Assembly (NCBI GenBank): GCA_964504805.1
Contig: CAZDGH010000067.1
Location: 1 to 18,239, forward strand
Reading direction: 5' to 3'
Origin: an uncultured Myxococcales bacterium
Lineage (GTDB): Bacteria > Myxococcota > Myxococcia > Myxococcales > Vulgatibacteraceae
Length of the DNA: 18,239 nt
Of the stretch, positions 1 to 6,710 are shown piece after piece (position 1 is the stretch's first letter; every line of letters starts with the position of its first letter). Below the pieces are notes generated by a model. That model worked only from the letters and a program-made list of their open reading frames with translations. It made no database searches and was not told where the DNA came from. The translations under genes and the position numbers were made by a program.

Positions 1-5
1 CGCCG

Positions 6-287
6 GTGCCCTCGGCGACGCCGCCGCCCGGCGTGCCCGAGCGCAACACCCGCGCCGCGCTCCTCGCGCAGCTCGCCGCGCTGCAGGAGCGCATCGGCCG
101 CCTCGAGGACGATCGCGACGACGGCCCGCCCGGCCTCGCCGACCTCGTCGCCCGCGTCGACCGCCTCGAGGCCCTCGCCTCCACCGAGCTCACGGTGCTG
201 CGCACCGTCGTCGATCTGCTCGTGGAGAAAGGCGTGCTCTCGCGCGAGGAGTACTTCGCGCGGATGCGGAAGGCGCAGGGCGGGTGA
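6..287 (+). CDS. Hypothetical small coiled-coil protein. It may extend 5' beyond the window edge.
   Basis: The ORF has a GTG at 6 and a TGA at 285-287. The predicted helix-rich, Leu/Arg/Asp-rich segment looks coiled-coil-like (LAALQERIGRLEDD...VDRLEALAS). I recognise no family. It lies 5 nt from the window edge, so the true start is uncertain. Confidence 0.4.
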   Translation: MPSATPPPGVPERNTRAALLAQLAALQERIGRLEDDRDDGPPGLADLVARVDRLEALASTELTVLRTVVDLLVEKGVLSREEYFARMRKAQGG

Positions 288-290
288 GGT

Positions 291-446
291 CAGGCTCCGG
301 GCTCCAGGCGAGGACCGGCTCCAGGCTCCAGGCTCCTGACTCCAGCCGGCAGGCGGCTCGGCGCTCCGCGCCTCGCGCTCGACCGTCGCAGCAGGCTCCG
401 CCGCGAAGCGGCGGGGGTTGCTGGAGCGTGGAGCCTGGAGCCTGCC
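291..446. repeat. Copy A of a ~155-bp intergenic element with terminal inverted repeats (GGCTCCAGGCTCCAGG ... CCTGGAGCCTGGAGCC) and a conserved core, GCTCGGCGCTCCGCGCCTCGCGCTC.
   Basis: Seen directly in the sequence. Left arm ggctccaggctccaggctcc at 315-336. Right arm ggagcctggagcctg at 430-444, the reverse complement of the left arm. A near-identical core and arms recur at 13219..13378. It sits immediately 3' of the stop codon of the 6..287 ORF. Confidence 0.6.
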
Positions 447-461
447 TCTAGCCTCTCCGCC

Positions 462-1229
462 TTACTTCGGCGCCATCCGCAACGACGCGTCCAGCCGGAT
501 CGTCTCGCCGTTGAGATACGCGTTGCGGGCGATCGCCTCGACGAGCTGGCCGTACTCGGCGGGATCGCCGAGGCGCTTCGGGAAGGGGATCCCGGCGGCG
601 AGGGAGACGCGGGCGGCCTCGGGCAGCGAGGCGAGGAGCGGCGTGTCGAAGAGGCCCGGGGCGATGGTGACCACGCGGATGCCGACGGCGGAGAGGTCGC
701 GGGCGGCCGGGAGGGTGAGGCCGACGACGCCGCCCTTCGAGGCGGCGTAGGCGACCTGGCCGATCTGGCCGTCGAACGCGGCGACCGAGGCGGTGTTGAC
801 GACGACGCCGCGCTCGCCGGTCGGCAGCGGCGTCGCCTTGGCCATGGCGGCGGCGGAGAGCCGGAGCACGTTGAAGGTGCCGACCAGGTTCACGCCGATC
901 ACCTTCTGGAACAGCTCGAGGTCGTGCGGCTCGCCCTCCTTGGTGAGCGTGCGCGCGGCCCAGCCGACGCCGGCGCAGCTCACGGCGATGCGCAGCGTGC
1001 CGAGCTCGCCCGCCCTGGCGACGGCGGCCTTCACGTCGGCCTCGCTCTGCACGTCCGCCTGCGCGAACGCGGCGCCGTCGCCGAGCTCCTTGGCGAAGGC
1101 CGCGCCCTTCTCCGCGTCCCGATCGACGATGACGACCTTCGCGCCCGCGCGGTGCAGCGTGCGGGCGGTGGCGGCGCCGAGCCCCGAGGCCCCGCCGGTG
1201 ACGAGTGCGACCGCTCCCTGGATCTCCAT
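462..1229 (-). CDS. Short-chain dehydrogenase/reductase of the 3-hydroxyacyl-CoA dehydrogenase type-2 / HSD17B10 family.
   Basis: 255 aa, starting [22 protein letters not shown] (Rossmann TGGASGLG). It is near-collinear with HSD17B10 ([35 protein letters not shown], Yxxx[18 protein letters not shown]). ATG at 1229-1227 with an AAGGAGGAG RBS 6 nt upstream; TAA stop at 464-462. The 639-aa track ORF is a 5' shadow extension. Confidence 0.9.
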   Translation of the reverse strand: MEIQGAVALVTGGASGLGAATARTLHRAGAKVVIVDRDAEKGAAFAKELGDGAAFAQADVQSEADVKAAVARAGELGTLRIAVSCAGVGWAARTLTKEGEPHDLELFQKVIGVNLVGTFNVLRLSAAAMAKATPLPTGERGVVVNTASVAAFDGQIGQVAYAASKGGVVGLTLPAARDLSAVGIRVVTIAPGLFDTPLLASLPEAARVSLAAGIPFPKRLGDPAEYGQLVEAIARNAYLNGETIRLDASLRMAPK

Positions 1230-1280
1230 GGCTCCTCCTTGGGTGGCGGCGCTTGTAGCACGGATGTATGAGGACCGGCC

Positions 1281-2429
1281 GTGGCGGTGACGCTCGCGAA
1301 GGAGGAGGCGGCGGCCTTCCTCGTCGGCCAGCTCGGCCTGCGCCGGACGCTCCCGGCGAAGGGGGCCGCCGGCGTGCGCCGGCTGCTCCGCGAGCTCCGC
1401 TGCATCCAGCTCGACCCGCTCGACCCGCTCGGCACCAACGCGGACCTCGTCGCCCTCGCCCGCGTCGACGGCATCGGCAAGGGCGACGTCTACCGCCACC
1501 TCCTCCCGGGCCACGCCTTCGAGCACTTCGCCAAGGAGCGCTGCCTGCTCCCGGCGTCGGCGTTCCCGGCGTACCGCGAGCGCGCCGCCGAGGCGCCGTG
1601 GTGGCGGCTCGCGACGCGGCTCGAGCGGCTGCCCTCGGGCGTGGTCGAGGCGGTGCTCGCCGAGCTCGAGGCGCGCGGTCCGCTCGCCGCCGGCGAGCTC
1701 GCCGATCGCGGCGCGGTGGAGCCGCTCGACTGGCAGGGCTGGAAGGGCACCGGCCGCGCGGCGTCGATGGCGCTCGAGGTGCTGTGGACGCGCTGCCAGA
1801 TCGTCGTCTGCGGCCGCGGTCCGGGCGGCAAGCGCTACGACGTGCCGCGGCGCGCGCTGCCCTCCCACGCCGAGGCGCCGGCGCCGGCGTCGTTCGAGCG
1901 CTGGGCGCTCGAGGAGCGCGTCGAGGCCGCGGGGCTCCTCGGCCGCAACGCCGGACCGCACTGGTCGATGCTCGCGGACGTGCGCACCTCGGAGCTCCCG
2001 GACCGCCTCGTCGCGGAGGGCGCGCTCGAGGAGGTCGTCGTCGAGGGCGCGCCGCGGCGGTACCTCGCGCCGAAAGGCTTCGCGCGCCGCCGCTTCCCCG
2101 CCGACGACGGGCGGCTCCGGATCCTCGGGCCGCTCGATCCGCTGCTCTGGGATCGCAAGCTGGTGAAGGACGCCTTCGGCTTCGACTACGCCTGGGAGGT
2201 CTACAAGCCGGCGAAGGCGCGGCGCTGGGGCTGGTACGTCTGCCCGCTGCTCCACCGCGGCGCCCTCGTCGGCCGGCTCGAGGGCCGCGCCAGGGACGGC
2301 GTGCTCGCGATCGACCGGATCTGGAAGGAGCGCGGGCGCGCGCTCGACGTCTCCGCGCTCGACGACGCGCTCGAGCGGCACGCGGCGGCGCTCGGGTGCG
2401 CGCGCGTGCGACGGCCGCGGCTCCGCTGA
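1281..2429 (+). CDS. ycaQ: Winged-helix DNA glycosylase of the YcaQ/AlkZ family (interstrand-crosslink repair; DUF1006).
   Basis: 382 aa with a GTG start at 1281 directly after an in-frame TGA. It shows family motifs collinear with E. coli YcaQ: RCIQLDPL (the Q-phi-D catalytic motif), [12 protein letters not shown], and [53 protein letters not shown]. It is divergent from the SDR gene across a 51-bp spacer. Confidence 0.85.
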   Translation: MAVTLAKEEAAAFLVGQLGLRRTLPAKGAAGVRRLLRELRCIQLDPLDPLGTNADLVALARVDGIGKGDVYRHLLPGHAFEHFAKERCLLPASAFPAYRERAAEAPWWRLATRLERLPSGVVEAVLAELEARGPLAAGELADRGAVEPLDWQGWKGTGRAASMALEVLWTRCQIVVCGRGPGGKRYDVPRRALPSHAEAPAPASFERWALEERVEAAGLLGRNAGPHWSMLADVRTSELPDRLVAEGALEEVVVEGAPRRYLAPKGFARRRFPADDGRLRILGPLDPLLWDRKLVKDAFGFDYAWEVYKPAKARRWGWYVCPLLHRGALVGRLEGRARDGVLAIDRIWKERGRALDVSALDDALERHAAALGCARVRRPRLR

Positions 2430-2440
2430 CCCGGGCGAGA

Positions 2441-2472
2441 TTGCTTCACTCCCGGGGCGGGTCTGCTAGATT
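2441..2472 (+). promoter_or_regulatory. Candidate sigma-70-like promoter for the small Cys-rich gene: TTGCTT, a spacer, then a TAGATT-like -10.
   Basis: TTGCTT at 2441-2446 and TAGATT at 2467-2472, about 38 nt before the ATG at 2510. The spacer is longer than the 17-nt optimum, so this is weak. The region 2430-2460 also holds a CCCGGG...CCCGGG palindrome. Confidence 0.2.
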
Positions 2473-2509
2473 CGCCGCACTTTCCCCACACCCTTCCGAG
2501 GAAGACCCG

Positions 2510-2815
2510 ATGCGCTCGACGCTCCTCCGCTTCGCCCCGCTGTTCGCCCTCGTCGCCGTGCTCGCCGGCGCCGCGTGTGCCGAGACCCCCGAGAAGAAGA
2601 GCAAGCCCGCGGGCGACTGCCCGACGCTCGGCGAGACCAAGGGCTGCGAGAACGGGAAGATCTGCGCGATGCTCGAGGAGAAGCACCAGTGCCTGAAGCG
2701 GTGCACCGGCGAGGCCGACTGCACCGAGCTCCAGGAGTGCAAGAAGATCCACGGCTCCGACGCGAAGGCCTGCTACACCAAGGGCGCCACCGGCACCGAG
2801 CCGAAGACGAAGTAG
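2510..2815 (+). CDS. Small secreted (possibly lipidated) Lys/Glu-rich protein with 8 cysteines. Function unknown.
   Basis: 101 aa. N-terminal signal peptide MRSTLLRFAPLFALVAVLAGAACA. Mature part has 8 Cys spaced C-x8-C-x5-C-x8-C-x3-C-x5-C-x5-C-x10-C and 13 Lys. GAGGAAG RBS-like sequence 6 nt before the ATG. Third-codon positions are GC-rich like the host, so the gene looks native. The 515-aa track ORF 1268..2815 is a shadow extension. Confidence 0.6.
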   Translation: MRSTLLRFAPLFALVAVLAGAACAETPEKKSKPAGDCPTLGETKGCENGKICAMLEEKHQCLKRCTGEADCTELQECKKIHGSDAKACYTKGATGTEPKTK

Positions 2816-2824
2816 CCGCAGCGC

Positions 2825-2858
2825 CGGCCGGGAGCTCCTCGCCGAGGAGCCCCGGCCG
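2825..2858. terminator. GC-rich hairpin between convergent genes, a candidate bidirectional intrinsic terminator.
   Basis: cggccggg(a)gctcctc-gcc-gaggagccccggccg gives a 15-bp stem with one bulged A and a 3-nt loop. It lies 10 nt after the stop of the 2510..2815 gene and 4 nt before the stop of msrB on the other strand. No U-tract, as is common in high-GC genomes. Confidence 0.45.
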
Positions 2859-2861
2859 CCG

Positions 2862-3431
2862 CTACTTCCCGGGCTTGCGCGCGCCGTCGCCCGGCGTGAC
2901 GGCGCCGCCCGGACCCTCGAACGCGAGGGAGGCGGAGTTCACGCAGTAGCGCAGGCCGTTCGGCCCCGGCCCGTCCGGGAAGACGTGGCCGAGGTGCCCG
3001 CCGCAGCGCGCGCAGGTGATCTCCACCCGCTCCATCCCGTGGCTCGCGTCGCGGTGCTCCTCGACCGCGCCGGGGATGGCGACCTCGGTGAAGCTCGGCC
3101 AGCCCGAGCCGCTGTCGTACTTCTCGGTGGAGCGGAACAGCACCGCGCCGCAGGCGCCGCACCGGTAGGTGCCCGGCTCGTGGTTGTCCCAGAACGCGCC
3201 GGAGAAGGCCCACTCGGTGCCCTTCTTGCGCAGCACCTCGTACTGCTTCGGGCTCAGCTCGGCCTTCCACTCCTCGTCCGTCTTCACGACCTTCGCCTCG
3301 GGCTTCGACACGGCCTTCGCTCCCTCCGCCGGCTTCGCCTTCGTCGCGTCCGCCGGGCGCGGCGCCTCGGCGGCGGCGCCGCCCGCGGCCAGCATGAGCG
3401 CGACCAGGATCATCCGACCCACGTTTCGCAT
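2862..3431 (-). CDS. msrB: Peptide-methionine (R)-S-oxide reductase MsrB (SelR domain) with an N-terminal signal peptide. Likely periplasmic.
   Basis: 189 aa. SelR motifs: [29 protein letters not shown] (first CxxC), [34 protein letters not shown] (second CxxC plus the catalytic Cys). ATG at 3431-3429 with a GGGGGAGG RBS 5 nt upstream. Confidence 0.9.
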   Translation of the reverse strand: MRNVGRMILVALMLAAGGAAAEAPRPADATKAKPAEGAKAVSKPEAKVVKTDEEWKAELSPKQYEVLRKKGTEWAFSGAFWDNHEPGTYRCGACGAVLFRSTEKYDSGSGWPSFTEVAIPGAVEEHRDASHGMERVEITCARCGGHLGHVFPDGPGPNGLRYCVNSASLAFEGPGGAVTPGDGARKPGK

Positions 3432-3464
3432 CCGGGCCTCCCCCGTGAAGCGTCTCCGGAGGAT

Positions 3465-4310
3465 CTACGCCGGATCCCGCCCCGGGGTTACGAGCTGCGG
3501 GTGCCGGCGGATCGCCGCCTCGAGCTCGCCCGAGAGCGCCGTGCCGTGGGGCGCCCGCGCGCTCGAGCGCTCCCAGCGCGCGAGCCAGCGCGCGCCGAGC
3601 GGGCGCTCGAGCAGGTCGAGCCTCGTGGCGGCGAGCGTGGTCTCGCCCTTCCGGCCGGTCGCCGGGCCGGCGCCGACGAAGAAGCCGGCGACGAGCAGCG
3701 AGGCCCGCGTCGGCGTCGCCGCGCTGTAGGTCGCGAGCGCCGCGCCCGGCCCGTCGTGCCGGCACGCGCCGCGGATCGCCGCGAGCGCCTCCGGCGTCCA
3801 CAGGCCGCCGTCCTGCTTCGGCGAGAACGGATCGAAGAGCACCAGCTCGAAGCCGCCGCCGGCCTCGCCGAGCCTGGCGAGCGCCTCGCCCTCGAGGAGC
3901 CGCCAGGAGAGGCCGGGCGCGGCGGCGGCGCCGCCGGCGAGCAGCGCGTCGAGCTCCCGGGCGAGCGGCACGAGGAACGGGAAGCCCGCCTCGTCGGTCC
4001 GCGCCAGGCGGAGCGCGTCGAGGTCGCGCTCGAGGCTGACCAGCTCCACGTGCCGCCCGCCGGCCTCGCGCGCCGCGAGGATCACCGCCGCCGCGTTCGC
4101 CGCGGCGCCGAGGCCGACGTCGAGGATCCGGAGCGGGGAAGGGTCGGGCGCCGCGAGCCGCGCCCGCAGCCCCAGGCCGTCGACGTAGAGGCCGTTCGCC
4201 TCGCCCCACGGGCCGTCGCCCGGGTGCATCACCTCGCCGTGGCCCACGTGCCGCACGGCCTTCTCGCCGGAGCGCAGCGTGACCAGCTCGAACGCGCCGC
4301 GGCGGGTCAC
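3465..4310 (-). CDS. MnmC2/MnmD-like SAM-dependent tRNA methyltransferase (DUF752 family, mnm5s2U34 pathway).
   Basis: 281 aa. Its GTG start (4310-4308) overlaps the tgt TGA stop (4309-4307) in a GTGA arrangement. N-terminal LVTLRSGEKAVRHVGHGEVMHPGDGPWGEANGLYV resembles the MnmC2 N-terminus. LVLFDPFSPKQDGGLWTPEALAAIRGACRHDGPGAALATYSAA matches the DGFSPAKNPEMWT signature region of E. coli MnmC. The 588-aa track ORF fuses this gene with tgt. Confidence 0.7.
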   Translation of the reverse strand: MTRRGAFELVTLRSGEKAVRHVGHGEVMHPGDGPWGEANGLYVDGLGLRARLAAPDPSPLRILDVGLGAAANAAAVILAAREAGGRHVELVSLERDLDALRLARTDEAGFPFLVPLARELDALLAGGAAAAPGLSWRLLEGEALARLGEAGGGFELVLFDPFSPKQDGGLWTPEALAAIRGACRHDGPGAALATYSAATPTRASLLVAGFFVGAGPATGRKGETTLAATRLDLLERPLGARWLARWERSSARAPHGTALSGELEAAIRRHPQLVTPGRDPA

Positions 4311-5422
4311 GCTGCGAGCTTCAGCGCCCGCTGCTCCTCGAGCAGCGACGCGAAGGTGCCGGAGAGGATCGCCTCGCGCATCCGGGCGACGTGGCGCTGG
4401 TAGAAGGTGAGGTTGTGGATGGCGAGGAGCCGCCGCCCGGTGACGCGCTTGCCGGAGAGGAGGTGCTGCAGGTACGCGCGCGTGTGGCTCGTGCACGTCG
4501 CGCAGGGGCAGCCCTCCTCGATCGGCCGGTAGTCGCTCTTGAACGCCTGCCGCTTCAGCCGCATCACGCCGCCGGGCACGTAGGCGAAGCCCTGCTGCGC
4601 CATCTTGGTGGGGATGATGCAGTCGAAAATGTCGACGCCCGCCGCGACCGCCTCGAGGATGTCGCCCGGCTTGCCGACGCCCATCAGGTAGCGCGCCCTG
4701 TCCTGCGGCAGGAGCTTCGCCGTGAACGCGGCGGTGGACCAGAGCGCGTCCTTGGTGTCGCCGACGGCGAGGCCGCCGATCGCGTAGCCGTCGAACGGCT
4801 GCGCGGTGATGAAGGCGGCGCTCTCCTCCCGGAGCGCGCGGTCGAGGCCGCCCTGGACGATCCCGAAGAGCGCCTGGTCGCTGCCGACCTTGGCCCGGGC
4901 CTCGAGGCTGCGGACCGCCCAGCGGTGGGTGCGCCCCATGGCGGCGAGGAGCTGCTCGCGCGGCACCGTGGACGGCGGGCAGACGTCGAGCGCCATCATC
5001 ACGTCGCTGCCGATGGCGATCTGGGTGCGGATGCTCTCCTCGGGCGTCAGCCGCCGCTTCTTCGGCACCGGCCAGCCGCGGAAGAACGCGCCCTCCTCGT
5101 CGACCTCGCAGTCGGCGGCGAGCGAGAAGATCTGGAAGCCGCCCGAGTCGGTGAGGACCGCGCCGTCCCAGCCCATGAAGCGGTGGATGCCGCCGGCCTC
5201 GAGGAAGCGGTCGGGGCCGGGCGCGAGCCACAGGTGGTAGGTGTTGGCGAGGATCGTCCGCGCGCCGCCGGTGGCGATCTCCTGCGGCGAGAGGCTCTCG
5301 ATGTTGGCGTGGGTCGCCACCGGCATGAACGCCGGGGTCGGCATCGACCCGTGGGGCGTGTAGAGGATCCCGGCGCGGGCGCCGGTGGGATCGACGGCGA
5401 CGAGCTCGAAGCGGACGGCCAT
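4307..5422 (-). CDS. tgt: Queuine tRNA-ribosyltransferase (tRNA-guanine transglycosylase).
   Basis: 371 aa. MAVRFELVAVDPTGARAGILYTPHG...TPAFMPV. Carries the zinc site CPCATCTSHTRAYLQHL and IHNLTFYQRHVARMREAI, collinear with bacterial Tgt. ATG at 5422-5420, TGA at 4309-4307. Confidence 0.9.
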   Translation of the reverse strand: MAVRFELVAVDPTGARAGILYTPHGSMPTPAFMPVATHANIESLSPQEIATGGARTILANTYHLWLAPGPDRFLEAGGIHRFMGWDGAVLTDSGGFQIFSLAADCEVDEEGAFFRGWPVPKKRRLTPEESIRTQIAIGSDVMMALDVCPPSTVPREQLLAAMGRTHRWAVRSLEARAKVGSDQALFGIVQGGLDRALREESAAFITAQPFDGYAIGGLAVGDTKDALWSTAAFTAKLLPQDRARYLMGVGKPGDILEAVAAGVDIFDCIIPTKMAQQGFAYVPGGVMRLKRQAFKSDYRPIEEGCPCATCTSHTRAYLQHLLSGKRVTGRRLLAIHNLTFYQRHVARMREAILSGTFASLLEEQRALKLAA

Positions 5423-5500
5423 GAGGGCGCGGACTCTACCGCGGCCGCGCCGGTTGCGAAGCCCGCCTGCCTCGGGTGGGATCGGCCGAGGAGGTGGCCC

Positions 5501-6049
5501 ATGGGCCTGCTCGCCGCGCGGCTGACCGTCGCTCTCGCGCTCGCAGTCCTCGTCGCCCTCGCCGCGGGCGACGCCTCGGCCTGCTCGTGCTACGGGCGGG
5601 CCTCGTTCCGCGTGGCCGCGCCGCGCGCTGCGCTGGTGATCCGCGCCGAGATCCTGGTCCACGGCGGCGGGACCGACGCCGACCCGAACACCTTCATGGA
5701 CGTCCGCGTCGACGAGGTGCTCCGCGGCTCGACGGCGGCGAAGACGGTCCGGGTGTTCGGCTCCAACGGGTTCAACTGCGGGGCGTGGCTGGCCAACTAC
5801 GAGGACGGCACGAGCTGGCTGCTCGCGCTCCGTCCGCTGGAACGAGAGCCGGGAGACGTGGGCGCGGTGGAGCCCTGGCTGATGTCGGGCTGCGCCCATC
5901 TCGGGGCGCTGGTCGAGGGCGAGCTGGTCAGGACCGACGCCGAGGTGATGTCGCTCTTCGAGGTGCGCGAGCTCGTCTCGCCGAGACCTCCGTCCCGGAC
6001 GCCGTCGCCTCGCGTGGCGGCCCCCGCGCCCGCTCCGCCGGACCTCTAG
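5501..6049 (+). CDS. Secreted protein with a TIMP-like (N-TIMP / NTR, OB-fold) domain. The mature N-terminus is predicted to be Cys-Ser-Cys.
   Basis: 182 aa. GAGGAGGTG RBS 5 nt before the ATG at 5501. Signal peptide MGLLAARLTVALALAVLVALAAGDASA, with predicted cleavage after ASA, exposes CSC. Mature CSCYGRASFRVAAPRAALVIRAEIL parallels TIMP-2 [22 protein letters not shown]. Four Cys in the N-domain fall at mature positions 1, 3, 66 and 104, against TIMP 1, 3, 72 and 101; VRVFGSNGFNCGAWL...SWLLAL parallels IRFVYT...VCG...EYLIAGK. The C-terminal tail is Pro-rich. The call is an inference from motif and spacing only. Confidence 0.6.
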   Translation: MGLLAARLTVALALAVLVALAAGDASACSCYGRASFRVAAPRAALVIRAEILVHGGGTDADPNTFMDVRVDEVLRGSTAAKTVRVFGSNGFNCGAWLANYEDGTSWLLALRPLEREPGDVGAVEPWLMSGCAHLGALVEGELVRTDAEVMSLFEVRELVSPRPPSRTPSPRVAAPAPAPPDL

Positions 6050-6636
6050 GCGCCCCGCGCGCCGAGCTGTCCGAGGAGCCCGCGCAGGATCCGGTGGGTC
6101 ATTCCCCAGATCGTCTCACCGTCGAAGCGCCAGGCGGCGAACCGTACCGGCAGCGGCCCGAGCCTGTGCTCGTGCTCGGCGTCGTGGGCGCCCGACGCGA
6201 GCGCGCCGAGGGGCACCCAGAAGGCGCGCACCACCTCGTCGGACAGCTCGATCCCCGGCCGCGGCGCGTCGAGGGCGAAGACCACCGGCGTCACCGCCAT
6301 CGGCCGCAGGCCGCCGTGCTCCTTCGCGGGCAGGTCGTCGAGCCGCCCGAGCACGCGCGCGCCCTCGAGCCCGACCGCGACCTCCTCTCGCGTCTCGCGC
6401 CGGGCCGTCGCCTCGAGGTCGGGATCGTCCGGTGACGCCCGGCCGCCGGGCAGCGCCACGTGCCCCGACCACGGATCGCCGCGCCGCTCCGCGCGCCGGA
6501 CGAGCAGCACCTCGAGCGCGTCGCCCTCGGGCCGCAGGATCACCGCGACCGCGGCGCGCACCGGCACGAGCGGGATCGAGAGGCGGCCGCGGCGGCGGAG
6601 CTTCTCCTCGAGGTGCGCGAGCGCGGCGCGGGGCAT
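6046..6636 (-). CDS. NUDIX hydrolase, CoA pyrophosphatase (NudL-like).
   Basis: 196 aa from MPRAALAHLEEKLRRRG. NUDIX box GGRASPDDPDLEATARRETREEVAV. The NuCoA-like motif LLVRRAERRGDPWSGHVALPGG sits upstream of the box. ATG at 6636-6634. The TAG stop overlaps the stop of the convergent 5501..6049 gene. The 253-aa track ORF is a 5' shadow extension. Confidence 0.75.
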   Translation of the reverse strand: MPRAALAHLEEKLRRRGRLSIPLVPVRAAVAVILRPEGDALEVLLVRRAERRGDPWSGHVALPGGRASPDDPDLEATARRETREEVAVGLEGARVLGRLDDLPAKEHGGLRPMAVTPVVFALDAPRPGIELSDEVVRAFWVPLGALASGAHDAEHEHRLGPLPVRFAAWRFDGETIWGMTHRILRGLLGQLGARGA

Positions 6637-6710
6637 GGGTCGATCCTGCCCGTGAGCGGCGCACGCGCAAGTGGCGCCGCCGCGGCGCCCGTGAAAGCAT
6701 CCGGCCTCCG

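Noticed and set aside
418-1290. Plus-strand ORFs 418..750, 793..1290 and 924..1271, antisense to the SDR gene.
   Set aside because: They lie antisense to a strongly supported gene with an HSD17B10-like alignment over its whole length, and they are low complexity.
462-2381. The 639-aa minus-strand track ORF and other 5'-extended track ORFs (3465..5231, 4307..5899, 6046..6807, 6432..8525, 11070..12683, 11758..13215, 1268..2815).
   Set aside because: Each is a true gene fused to an upstream stop-free shadow region. I set the real starts from RBS position, stop/start coupling and the beginning of homology. Examples: the SDR starts at MEIQG with an AAGGAGGAG RBS, and tgt starts at MAVRFEL.
2773-4403. 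ORFs 2773..4209 minus (478 aa) and 2985..4403 plus (472 aa), overlapping msrB and the mnmC-like gene.
   Set aside because: They are low-complexity Arg/Gly-rich shadow frames. The real genes, msrB and MnmC2-like, are identified by motifs on the minus strand.
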